From a virus (taxonomy: Duplodnaviria > Caudoviricetes), in IMG/VR virus record IMGVR_UViG_3300016265_000854, positions 1-32,419 of that record: a stretch of 32,419 nucleotides of DNA; one strand, given 5' to 3'. Numbering within the stretch: the first letter of the stretch is position 1; the number at the start of each line of letters is the position of its first letter. Positions 8,982 through 16,623 of this stretch are shown here, piece by piece. The notes under the pieces were generated by a model, which searched no databases, was not told the origin of the DNA, and worked only from the letters and a program-made list of their open reading frames with translations. The position numbers and the translations under genes were made by a program.

Positions 8982-9334
8982 TGCTGAAGCGCCGCAAGCC
9001 TCCCCCGACCGGGATCCGCACCAAGCCCCAGGCCCGATCGGCGGCCCACCTCCAGTGGGTTCGGGGGCACGTCTGCGCGGTCGAAGACGACCAGTGCGCC
9101 GGCAAGATTGAGGCCGCCCACGTCAGGCGCGGCACCGATGGTGGGATGGGCGTGAAGCCGTCCGACCATTACGTCATCCCGCTCTGCCAGTGGCACCACG
9201 CTGAGCAGCACAGGATCGGCGAGGGCAGTTTCGAGCAGCGATATGCCGTCTCGATGCTGCGCCTCGCCGAAGAATTGGCACGGCGCTCGCCCGCGCTTGC
9301 CAAGGTTCAATCCACCAGCAATGAGGAGGACTGA
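8981..9334 (+). CDS. DUF968-like / HNH-type Zn-binding nuclease
   Basis: HLQWVRGHVC...C...EAAHVR...GMGVKPSD...IPLCQWHHAEQH motif set. TGATG coupling. Confidence 0.8.
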   Translation: MLKRRKPPPTGIRTKPQARSAAHLQWVRGHVCAVEDDQCAGKIEAAHVRRGTDGGMGVKPSDHYVIPLCQWHHAEQHRIGEGSFEQRYAVSMLRLAEELARRSPALAKVQSTSNEED

Positions 9335-10216
9335 ATGTCCATTCTAGCCAATCTGACGAGCCCGACCAAGACGCGCATCACCAACGACCTCGAGGCCGAA
9401 CGCTGGATGACCGAACGCATCCGCGCTGGCCGCAAGGGCTTCTTCGTCGAGATCGTGGACGTGACCCCGGTCCTGGCGACCAACATGATCTCGAGGAACA
9501 CGTCGGCGAACCGCAAGATCCGCGAGCGCGTGGTCGAGGAGTACGCCAGGGCGATGTCCGAGGGGCGGTGGCTGCTGACCTCTCAGGGGATCTCGTTCTC
9601 GAAGGACGGCCTCCTGGACAACGGCCAGCACCGCCTCGAGGCGATCATCATGTCCGGGATCACCGTGCCCATGACCGTCGCCTTCGGCCAGACCGAAGAG
9701 GCGTTCGCCGTCCTCGACAGCGGCTCGAGGCGTCGAGCCTCGGACGCGCTCCGGGCGGTCGGCTTCGCGAACGAGCACATCGTCGCCGGGATCATCGCCC
9801 GGGTGATCAACATCTCGAACGGCAAGGCCGGGCGGTCGATCCGCCCGACGCACGACGAGATCGTCGATGCGGCCTCGAACGACAAGTTCATCTCGGACGC
9901 CGCCCGGACGGGGCATCGCCTGGGCCGAGGGCTCCGCACGACCGACGTGGGCATCGGCCTGGGGGCTTACTACATCCTGGCCGCCGATCGCCGCCCCGAG
10001 GAGTTCTTCAACAGGATTTCGAACGGCGTGATCTCCGGCTCGAGGGATCCGGTCAAGTTCCTCCGCGAGAGCGCCATGCTCGGCGAGTTCAAGGGGGATG
10101 CCGGCATCTACCAGGCGGCGGCTCAGATGATTAACGCCTGGAACCTGACCCAGGCCGGCAAGAGCGGTCGCCCGACCTGGGATCCGAACGACGATTTCCC
10201 GACCGTCAAGGTGTGA
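9335..10216 (+). CDS. ParB-N-like (DGQHR-type) phage protein
   Basis: NRKIR...YARAM..GRW...QGISF..DG.LDNGQHRLEAI motif. GAGGAGG RBS. Confidence 0.75.
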   Translation: MSILANLTSPTKTRITNDLEAERWMTERIRAGRKGFFVEIVDVTPVLATNMISRNTSANRKIRERVVEEYARAMSEGRWLLTSQGISFSKDGLLDNGQHRLEAIIMSGITVPMTVAFGQTEEAFAVLDSGSRRRASDALRAVGFANEHIVAGIIARVINISNGKAGRSIRPTHDEIVDAASNDKFISDAARTGHRLGRGLRTTDVGIGLGAYYILAADRRPEEFFNRISNGVISGSRDPVKFLRESAMLGEFKGDAGIYQAAAQMINAWNLTQAGKSGRPTWDPNDDFPTVKV

Positions 10217-10218
10217 TC

Positions 10219-10238
10219 GAGGGGGCTCCGGCCCCCTC
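10219..10238 (+). other. GC-rich hairpin with C(UCCG)G tetraloop, no U-tract
   Basis: GAGGGGGC-TCCG-GCCCCCTC immediately after the stop at 10216. Confidence 0.7.
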
Positions 10239-10285
10239 CCTCGCATACCGGAATAATATTTCGTTATTGATAGGAGGATGGTACG

Positions 10286-10504
10286 ATGCCGCGCATGAAC
10301 CCGCCGCAGTACATCCGCAGGATCGTTTTCGGCATGAGCCAGAAGGCTTTTGCCGAGGCGCTTGGTGTCCATCAGCCCACGGTCAGCGCCTGGGAGGCTT
10401 CGGGCCGGATCAACAGCAAGCATGCCGCTGCTGTCCGCGCCCTGGCGAAGGACATGGGGAAGGTCTGGTCGGATGGCTGGTTCTTCGAGACACCGGAGGA
10501 CTGA
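10286..10504 (+). CDS. Cro/XRE-like HTH regulator
   Basis: MSQKAFAEALGVHQPTVSAWE is a canonical HTH_3 pattern. AGGAGG RBS. Confidence 0.85.
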   Translation: MPRMNPPQYIRRIVFGMSQKAFAEALGVHQPTVSAWEASGRINSKHAAAVRALAKDMGKVWSDGWFFETPED

Positions 10505-10506
10505 TC

Positions 10507-11391
10507 ATGGCTCGCTGGTACAGAGCATACGAAGGCACAACGACCGACCCCAAGCTTGGCGAGGTTGCCCTGATTGCCGAATGCTCCCGATCGGTCGTCA
10601 TCGCGACCTGGCATGCCATCCTCGAGGCGTGTGCAGGGGCGAACGCCGGGGGCGCTTTTGACCTGACCCCTCGCCGGGTTGCCGTCTCCTTGGGCGAGCC
10701 AATAAGCCTTATTCAGGCTGTCTTCTCCGGGCTGGCCGAAGTCGGAATGATCGAGGGCGACCAGGTGGTCCGCTGGAAAGACCGGCAGTACGAAAGCGAC
10801 TCAAGTACTTCTCGCGTAAGGGCTTTTCGCGAGCGGAAGCGTGTTTCCGAAACGTTTCCAGGCAGTCACAGTGCCGTTTCCGAAACGCCCCGAAACAGCG
10901 AGGAAACGTTTCAGCAACGTTGCGTAACGGCCCCAGAGACAGAGACAGAGACAGATACAGAGATAACTTCTCCTTACGGAGAAGAGGTAGTGGCTTTAAG
11001 CCCGGCTCCCCGGTTCGATCTGAACGAAGCTTCGGACGCCTGGAACGCCCTGGCCGACCGGAAGGGGCTCGCCAGGATCCAGCGGATGAGCGAGCCTCGT
11101 CGCCGGGCGCTGAAGGCCAGGCTGGCCGAGTGTGGGGGCATCGAGGGTTGGTACGCCGCGCTCGAGAAGGTCGAAGCCAGCCCGTTCCTCGTCGGTCAGA
11201 ACGATCGCGGGTGGCGGGCAGATTTCGATTTTGTCGTGAAGGAATCGAATTTCATCAAGATCATGGAGGGCAAGTATGACCGCGCTGACCAGAAATCCGC
11301 CGCGCAACGGGCATTCGAGAGCCTCTTCCCCGGAGGAGACGCTGAAGCTTCTGACTCGCCTTTCCAATCACTTTCGGTCCGAACGGTCTGA
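10507..11391 (+). CDS. Phage replication initiator (O/DnaT-like)
   Basis: MARWYR...DPKL N-terminus, WKDRQYESDSSTSRVRAFRER, ETETETDTE linker, C-terminal WN...FLVGQNDRGWRADFDFV..NFIKIMEGKY. GGAGG RBS, follows the Cro-like gene. Confidence 0.8.
   Translation: MARWYRAYEGTTTDPKLGEVALIAECSRSVVIATWHAILEACAGANAGGAFDLTPRRVAVSLGEPISLIQAVFSGLAEVGMIEGDQVVRWKDRQYESDSSTSRVRAFRERKRVSETFPGSHSAVSETPRNSEETFQQRCVTAPETETETDTEITSPYGEEVVALSPAPRFDLNEASDAWNALADRKGLARIQRMSEPRRRALKARLAECGGIEGWYAALEKVEASPFLVGQNDRGWRADFDFVVKESNFIKIMEGKYDRADQKSAAQRAFESLFPGGDAEASDSPFQSLSVRTV
10843..10964. repeat. Putative replication origin: clustered GAAAC/GTTTC palindromes followed by (AGAGAC)n
   Basis: GTTTCCGAAAC at 10843 and 10876, GAAACGTTTC at 10849 and 10903, GCAACGTTGC at 10914, then a purine-rich hexamer repeat. 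All inside the initiator gene, as in lambdoid origins. Confidence 0.6.
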
Positions 11392-11887
11392 AGCCGAGTG
11401 GCGGGATCTGCTGGCCGACTACGCCGGGCTGTTGTCCGATCTGCCGCCCGAGGTCACCCAGCGGGCGATTTTCAACCTGGGGCGGACCCTGCGGTGGTTC
11501 CCGAAGGTGTCGGAGATCCGCGACGAGGCCAGCCGGCTGATCGCTGCGGCCCCTCGAGCCGAACAGCCGGGCGACGAGCCCCTGCACGTCAGGCTCGACA
11601 AAGAGGCCAAGCGGTACGTGAAATCGTTCATGCAGGGCGACCTTGGCTGGCAGGCTCGAGACGAGGGCTGGCGCGATCTGCTGAGCGGCTGGATGCTGTC
11701 GGCGACCTACGCCGCGTTGCTGAAGGCCCACCAGACGGGCGAGGCCCCGGATCTTCCGACCACGGTCCCGTCCCACATCATCGACAGCTATCGACGGATG
11801 CGGCCCAAACTCACGGGAAGGCCCAGGGACGAGGCTGGAGAGGGGGAAAGCGTTTTCCGGGACATCGCCACCCGGAATGGCGAATAG
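11276..11887 (+). CDS. Putative helicase loader / replication accessory protein
   Basis: Directly follows and overlaps the initiator. DYAGLLSDLP...WFPKVSEIR resembles loader/inhibitor-type small domains. GGAGG RBS. Confidence 0.55.
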   Translation: MTALTRNPPRNGHSRASSPEETLKLLTRLSNHFRSERSEAEWRDLLADYAGLLSDLPPEVTQRAIFNLGRTLRWFPKVSEIRDEASRLIAAAPRAEQPGDEPLHVRLDKEAKRYVKSFMQGDLGWQARDEGWRDLLSGWMLSATYAALLKAHQTGEAPDLPTTVPSHIIDSYRRMRPKLTGRPRDEAGEGESVFRDIATRNGE

Positions 11888-12044
11888 GCCATCAGGCGGC
11901 GCTCCTAGGGCCAGCAAATGGCATCTGGTGATGGGGGCTCCGGTCTTGCAGGATCGAAGCCCCCGCCTCGCCGGGGCATGGGCGGCGCTGGAAAGCATGA
12001 GAGTTCGCCGCCGCGAGGAAGCCTACAGCAAGGCCCAGAACGGG

Positions 12045-12076
12045 AAAAGGCCCCCGAGCCGGAGCCCAGGGGCCTT
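12045..12076 (-). terminator. Intrinsic terminator of the leftward early cassette
   Basis: Minus strand AAGGCCCCTGGGC-TCCG-GCTCGGGGGCC-TTTT: long stem, UCCG loop and U-run, between convergent genes. Confidence 0.65.
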
Positions 12077-12124
12077 CCCATCAACATGGAGGTGTTCGAC
12101 ATGAACGCCCCGATTATACCCGGG

Positions 12125-12352
12125 TCAGAGTAGGCCGGCAATCGCGGAATCGAAGTCGCGCTCCTGGCGGATGACCATCGGGCGGCCATCGCCCAGGGTG
12201 ATGTTGCTGTCATCCACGAACCAGGACACGTCCTCGAACCGGCTGTGGACGGCATAGACCCGGAAGCGGTTCATCGGGCCGAACGCCAGGGCGGGGGAAG
12301 CCTTCTGACCCCGGCGAGCGGGGTCATTGGCCTGGGCAACGAGGCGGATCAT
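12125..12352 (-). CDS. Hypothetical early protein, 75 aa
   Basis: TGATG coupling to the upstream gene, GGAG RBS. Confidence 0.7.
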   Translation of the reverse strand: MIRLVAQANDPARRGQKASPALAFGPMNRFRVYAVHSRFEDVSWFVDDSNITLGDGRPMVIRQERDFDSAIAGLL

Positions 12353-12600
12353 CAGAGAATGCTCCCATCAGAGAGGGCGGTGTAAAAATCGTGAACCGCG
12401 ACGTTGGTGACCTGGCGGCCAAACTTCAGCGGGGTGTTAGGGTATAGGATCCCGAACTGGCGACCGCGCTCGTAATCCCACGTCGTGTCGATCGTCTTCG
12501 GCCAGGGAGCCCCGGCGCGGCCATCGGCGAAACCTCGAGCAAATTCCTTGCGGTTGATCACGCTGCGGACGGTGACGGTCTTCACTTTGATCTGGGTCAT
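12352..12600 (-). CDS. Hypothetical early protein (MTQIKVKTV...WDYERGRQFG...)
   Basis: GAGGAG RBS before ATG 12600. C-terminal part of track ORF 12352..12945. Confidence 0.75.
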   Translation of the reverse strand: MTQIKVKTVTVRSVINRKEFARGFADGRAGAPWPKTIDTTWDYERGRQFGILYPNTPLKFGRQVTNVAVHDFYTALSDGSIL

Positions 12601-12622
12601 GGTCGATCTCCTCGAGGTGGGC

Positions 12623-12642
12623 GGGGCCGCCGGAGCGGCCCC
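12623..12642 (-). other. Intergenic hairpin with C(UCCG)G tetraloop
   Basis: Minus strand GGGGCCGC-TCCG-GCGGCCCC, no U-tract. Confidence 0.7.
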
Positions 12643-12650
12643 CAGGGCGA

Positions 12651-12920
12651 TTAGGCGGCGACCGTGAGGCGCGGCTTGATGCGGATCGTCTCGATCGTCG
12701 CGGTCTTCGAGCAGGCCGCGATCTGGTCGGCGGTCAGCAGCTTCTTGGCGGCGGCGGTGTCGAGCGTGGTGCGCTCCGAAAGGCCGAGGGTCACGATGAC
12801 GTTGGTGCCCACGATCTCGGCGCGGCCCTCGGCGCGGATCTCGGCCTTGACGGCGTCGAGTTCCGCCTGGATGCTGTCCATCTGAGCCTTCAGGGCGGCG
12901 TAGCGGTCGGCGAGGTTCAT
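12651..12920 (-). CDS. Hypothetical early protein with N-terminal coiled coil
   Basis: MNLADRYAALKAQMDSIQAELDAVKAEI..., GGAG RBS, first gene after the promoter. Confidence 0.75.
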   Translation of the reverse strand: MNLADRYAALKAQMDSIQAELDAVKAEIRAEGRAEIVGTNVIVTLGLSERTTLDTAAAKKLLTADQIAACSKTATIETIRIKPRLTVAA

Positions 12921-12936
12921 CGGTATCTCCATCAAG

Positions 12937-12990
12937 CAGCGTCATTGCTGTGATGAAGACAGTAGCACGTCGGTAAACGCGGTCAACAAT
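12937..12990 (-). promoter_or_regulatory. Early promoter A plus leader hairpin
   Basis: TTGACC (12986-12981), 16 nt, TACTGT (12964-12959) with extended TG, then CAGC-AATGAC-GCTG. Near-duplicate of 14549-14600. Confidence 0.75.
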
Positions 12991-13029
12991 TATTTTTCGA
13001 TTTTTCGGATTTTTTTTCCGCGAGGCGCC

Positions 13030-13482
13030 ATGATCCTGGCTATCGACCCTGGCATCTCGGGAGCCCTGGCCTGGCTCGAGGGGGAATATCTGGTGGCTGT
13101 CGAGGACATGCCGACGATCGAGGTGCGGGGGAAGCGCCGGGTCAACGCGGCGGCATTGTCAATCCTGATGGCGAAGCGGGACGTTGATCTGGTCGTGATC
13201 GAGGGGGTGAGCGCGATGCCGCGCCAGGGCGTCTCGAGCACGTTCGCGTTTGGCTACGCGGCAGGGCTGATCGAGGGGGTGGCCGCCGGCCTGGGGCTGC
13301 CGGTCGAAATCGTCCAGGCGAGCATCTGGAAGCGGAAGGCGGGGGTTCCGGCGGACAAGGGAGCCGTCCGCCAGATGGCCTCGAGGTATTGGCCCGGAGC
13401 CGCCGCGTCGTTCGCCAGGGTCAAGGACGATGGCAGGGCGGACGCGGCGCTCCTGGGGCGCTGGTACGCTCAAAGGCCCTGA
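13030..13482 (+). CDS. RuvC-like Holliday junction resolvase
   Basis: ILAIDPGISGA...VVIEGV...GVSSTFAFG...WKR...DGRADAALL gives the RNase H-fold acidic tetrad. Confidence 0.9.
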   Translation: MILAIDPGISGALAWLEGEYLVAVEDMPTIEVRGKRRVNAAALSILMAKRDVDLVVIEGVSAMPRQGVSSTFAFGYAAGLIEGVAAGLGLPVEIVQASIWKRKAGVPADKGAVRQMASRYWPGAAASFARVKDDGRADAALLGRWYAQRP

Positions 13483-13691
13483 GCCTCCATCTCCTCGAAG
13501 ATCCCCGAGTGCCAGGAGCCGTCGTCGATCGCGGCGGTCACCAGGCGAGCCCAATCCTTCGGGTCGATATCGCGGGTGTCGAGGCCGTCATACTCGTCGC
13601 AGAGCATGGTGTGCAGCAGCCAGGCGGCGTCGTAGCTGATGTCGGCGTGGCGGGCCAGGTCGGCGATGCTCATGTCGTGATGGATCAGCAT
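13470..13691 (-). CDS. Small acidic protein, possible HTH
   Basis: MSIADLARHADISYDAAW. GGAGG RBS before ATG 13691. Confidence 0.6.
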   Translation of the reverse strand: MLIHHDMSIADLARHADISYDAAWLLHTMLCDEYDGLDTRDIDPKDWARLVTAAIDDGSWHSGIFEEMEAQGL

Positions 13692-13708
13692 ATCTAGTCC
13701 TCCATTTA

Positions 13709-14110
13709 TCAAGGATGGGCAGCGTCGTGATCGCGCTCCCAGGCGATCAGGTCGGCCTCTCCGCCCAGGCTCTGGTAAGCTTCGGAGCCGTAGACGTAGC
13801 CGAAGAACTCCCAGTGTTTCGGATTGGGCAGCCGATCGTCCAGGACGGCATTGAGGACGCGATCGGCCAGGCGCTCGGCGTCGGCCTTTTTCTCGAAGCC
13901 GTGGAAGTGGCGGAAGCGGACGCCCTCGTAGGGGCAATTGCTGGTGATGATCTCGACGTAGAACCGCTCGCGCCAGATCTCGCCCCGGGGATTGTCGAAG
14001 TCCGCCATCTCAGGGTCGCGGCCCATGTAGACGAGATCCGAGCGGACATCGACGCCGGTCAGGCTCGAGGGGCGGTAATGGGTCAGGTCTTCAGGATTGT
14101 GGCGGGGCAT
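13709..14110 (-). CDS. Hypothetical early protein, 133 aa
   Basis: GAGGAG RBS, globular aromatic-rich sequence ending YGSEAYQ..GGE. Confidence 0.75.
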   Translation of the reverse strand: MPRHNPEDLTHYRPSSLTGVDVRSDLVYMGRDPEMADFDNPRGEIWRERFYVEIITSNCPYEGVRFRHFHGFEKKADAERLADRVLNAVLDDRLPNPKHWEFFGYVYGSEAYQSLGGEADLIAWERDHDAAHP

Positions 14111-14136
14111 GGCATATCTCCTCGAGTAGGGTGGTT

Positions 14137-14152
14137 GGGGGCCGAAGCCCCC
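14137..14152 (-). other. Intergenic hairpin with C(UUCG)G tetraloop
   Basis: Minus strand GGGGGC-TTCG-GCCCCC, no U-tract. Confidence 0.7.
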
Positions 14153-14157
14153 GGGGA

Positions 14158-14532
14158 TCAGAAGTTGTAGTCGTAGTGGCGGCGGGCACCGTTGGCGATG
14201 AACTCAAGGCCCCTCGAGCCCCACAGCTTGTCCGATCCAGCGTAGCGGCTCTTGACCAGGCGGATCTTCATGGTGCGCTCGCCGAGGCCGGCGTAGAGCC
14301 ACGTCTGGGTGTGCTGGTTGGTGCAGTGCCCGGCAAAGCCGCCCGTGACGAACTCGGGCCTCCAGGCAGGATCGCGCTCGGTCAGAACCTCGCGGATGGT
14401 CAGCGTCTTTTCCGTGCGGCCAACGACCACCCAGGGGCGGGTGTCGGAGTAGCCCGTCTCGGTGAGATACTCGCCCTCGGGGAGGCCCTTAACGTTGGTC
14501 GTGAAAACGTTGTAAGCGAGGATCGTCGTCAT
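14158..14532 (-). CDS. Hypothetical early protein, 124 aa
   Basis: AGGAG RBS, GYSDTRPW...GGFAGHCTNQ...HYDYNF, first gene after promoter B. Confidence 0.75.
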   Translation of the reverse strand: MTTILAYNVFTTNVKGLPEGEYLTETGYSDTRPWVVVGRTEKTLTIREVLTERDPAWRPEFVTGGFAGHCTNQHTQTWLYAGLGERTMKIRLVKSRYAGSDKLWGSRGLEFIANGARRHYDYNF

Positions 14533-14548
14533 CTCGTATCTCCTAGGT

Positions 14549-14600
14549 AAGCGTCATTGCTTGATTGAGAGATTAGCACGACGTGCCACGCGGTCAACAA
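14549..14600 (-). promoter_or_regulatory. Early promoter B plus leader hairpin
   Basis: TTGACC (14597-14592), 16 nt, TAATCT (14575-14570), then AAGC-AATGAC-GCTT. Near-duplicate of promoter A. Confidence 0.75.
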
Positions 14601-14707
14601 AAAAGCGCACATAACGAAGATTTTTTTCAAACCACGGCGGCGGGTCCGATTTTTCTCTTGCGGCCCCGGGAATGTGCTATGCTGTGCCCCTCATAGATGA
14701 GGGCGAT

Positions 14708-14962
14708 ATGGATACGCTGATCACGATATATGGGGACCACGAAGGCCCCGCCTCGATCGAAACAAGCCCCGCGTTCGAGAACCTTTCGCGCACCCTCCGG
14801 GTGGCCGCGTTCCACGCAATGGCTGAGCATCTCCTCGACCTGGCGACGATGGAAAGCGGCGTCTCGCTCGAGGACTGCGCCTACGAAGATCTCCTCGAGG
14901 TCGGGGAAGCCGCGCCCCCGCGCCCCAGGGGCGGACACCTTCGCCTCGTTCATTCTGTTTGA
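14708..14962 (+). CDS. Hypothetical protein
   Basis: GAGGG RBS before ATG 14708, TGcTATGCT extended -10-like element upstream, ends in HLRLVH. Confidence 0.5.
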   Translation: MDTLITIYGDHEGPASIETSPAFENLSRTLRVAAFHAMAEHLLDLATMESGVSLEDCAYEDLLEVGEAAPPRPRGGHLRLVHSV

Positions 14963-14973
14963 TGGAGATAACC

Positions 14974-15261
14974 ATGAGCATGCGCCAGAGGATCGAAGAG
15001 GGCATCGAGATGCTCGACCTCGATTACGACGTGGTTTTTTTGGACGGCTTCGATGATGCCATTCTCGGCATCACTTTCGGGGACACTAGCGAACCTGTCC
15101 GGGTCGTTTACAGCGGGAATAACATCCTCGCGACCCTGGTCGAGCGCGATGGGATGACCGAGGATGAGGCTGTCGAGTTTTTCGATTACAACATCGCCGG
15201 CCTGAACCTTCCGCTCATGCCGATCTTTGTCGCCACGCCCCCGGGGAGGCACGACGCATGA
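14974..15261 (+). CDS. Conserved acidic phage protein
   Basis: DGFDDAILG...VVYS...GMTEDEAVEFFDYNIAG pattern common in phages. TTGATGGAGAT RBS. Confidence 0.8.
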   Translation: MSMRQRIEEGIEMLDLDYDVVFLDGFDDAILGITFGDTSEPVRVVYSGNNILATLVERDGMTEDEAVEFFDYNIAGLNLPLMPIFVATPPGRHDA

Positions 15262-15683
15262 CCTACCAGAAGCCTCCCGAGCCCCGGAGCGCCGGTATGG
15301 GCGTCGTCTGGTCGAACCCCCCGGTTCCCCGAACGGTCGCGCCGGAATTCACGGGCATCACGCCCGGCTACCCCTCAGTCATTGGCGCTCCAGATTTTGC
15401 CCAGACCCAGATGGAGCGAGCCTTTGAAGATCAGACCGGAAAGATCCTCGCCGAACGCGGCAAGACCTATGGCGACTTCGTTACCCAGGCCCAGATAGCC
15501 CAGACCCTCAAGGCTTCAATGGCCGCCTCGAGCAACTGGTCCAGGATGCGCCCCTACCAGAGGGAAGCCCTCGACATGATTGCCGGCAAGATCGCCAGGA
15601 TCCTGAACGGGGATCCCATGTACCAGGATAGCTGGGCCGACATCGCCGGCTACGCTCGCCTGGTCGCCGACAATCTTAAGTAA
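15258..15683 (+). CDS. DUF6378-like phage protein
   Basis: ILAERGKTYGDF...EALDMIAGKIARILNGDP...DSWADIAGYARLV. ATGA coupling. Confidence 0.8.
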   Translation: MTYQKPPEPRSAGMGVVWSNPPVPRTVAPEFTGITPGYPSVIGAPDFAQTQMERAFEDQTGKILAERGKTYGDFVTQAQIAQTLKASMAASSNWSRMRPYQREALDMIAGKIARILNGDPMYQDSWADIAGYARLVADNLK

Positions 15684-15712
15684 GTTACCCTGGTTTAGCC
15701 CGCGAGGATAAG

Positions 15713-16273
15713 ATGCCCCGCAAAGCCAACCTAAAGCCAGGCACAGTAGCCCAGGACAACCTCGGCATCCCCGAGGACCAGATGCCCGTGCCCGTTAAGC
15801 GCCCAGTAGGCCGACCCACAAAATACAAACCCGAATACTGTGACAAGGTCGTCGAACTGGGAAGCCAGGGATACAGCATCACCGCTATCGCTCATCTCAT
15901 GGGGGTACTAAAGCAAAACCTCCTTGATTGGGCGGAAAGACACGAAGAATTTTCTTCCGCATTAAAGCGAGCCAAGGCCGCAGAGCAATTTTGGTGGGAA
16001 GAAGCCGGTCGAAGCGGGATGTTCTTGGACAAGTTCAACGCGGCTGTCTGGCGTACTTCGATGCAGGCCCGCTTTCGCGACGAGTACACCGAGAGGAAGG
16101 TGACCGAGATCACCGGAGACGGCGGCGGCCCGATCCAGATCCAGCCCGTTCGCCTGGCTGTAGACGAGATGGATGCCGAGGCTCGAGAGGCCCTTCGCGA
16201 AGCCCTGGTGAAGGCCAGGCAGCAGGCCCTGCCGCAGCCTCAGACGATCGACCACGATCCCGAGGAGGTTTGA
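15713..16273 (+). CDS. terS: Terminase small subunit
   Basis: GRPTKYKPEYC...HTH...W...EFSSA...WWE...EITGDGGGPI, upstream of TerL. Confidence 0.85.
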   Translation: MPRKANLKPGTVAQDNLGIPEDQMPVPVKRPVGRPTKYKPEYCDKVVELGSQGYSITAIAHLMGVLKQNLLDWAERHEEFSSALKRAKAAEQFWWEEAGRSGMFLDKFNAAVWRTSMQARFRDEYTERKVTEITGDGGGPIQIQPVRLAVDEMDAEAREALREALVKARQQALPQPQTIDHDPEEV

Positions 16274-16274
16274 T

Positions 16275-16529
16275 ATGGCTTACCAGCCCGAGGGCCACGG
16301 CAAGACATGGGGCGAGTGCGGCACCTGTGGCTTCTTCGACAAGCATCACGCAGAAGAAGACAAGTACGCCCACGGGGAGTGTCGAAGGCATGCGCCCGTG
16401 CCGTTTCTTGTGGCTCAGAGCGACGACATCGTGCCGCGTCCGATGGCGATTTGGCCGCAAGTCCATGAACTTGACGGCTGCGGCGAATACGAACGCTTTG
16501 AACCCGAGGCGGAGGAAGACGATGCTTGA
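16275..16529 (+). CDS. Small Cys-rich (Zn/Fe-binding) protein
   Basis: CGTCGFF...GECRRHAP...WPQV...GCGEY. GAGGAGG RBS. Confidence 0.75.
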   Translation: MAYQPEGHGKTWGECGTCGFFDKHHAEEDKYAHGECRRHAPVPFLVAQSDDIVPRPMAIWPQVHELDGCGEYERFEPEAEEDDA

Positions 16530-16623
16530 CCTGGTCGCCTGGCTGTTCCTGATCATCGCGTTTGCCTGGGGCCTATGGGGCATCTGGTACACGGCCACCT
16601 GGCTGCTTGGGGGCGACGACTAA
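16522..16623 (+). CDS. Small membrane peptide, 33 aa
   Basis: MLDLVAWLFLIIAFAWGLWGIWYTATWLLGGDD. GGAGG RBS, TAATG coupling to terL. Confidence 0.6.
   Translation: MLDLVAWLFLIIAFAWGLWGIWYTATWLLGGDD

Noticed and set aside
9344-10423. Long antisense ORFs over the ParB-like gene, terL (16965-18194), portal (21136-22713) and polyvalent gene (24053-25768)
   Set aside because: They lie opposite genes with clear family motifs, which is typical of GC-rich codon bias.
11877-12133. Short + strand ORFs after the loader-like gene
   Set aside because: Low-complexity translations, no convincing RBS, and they run through a terminator hairpin.
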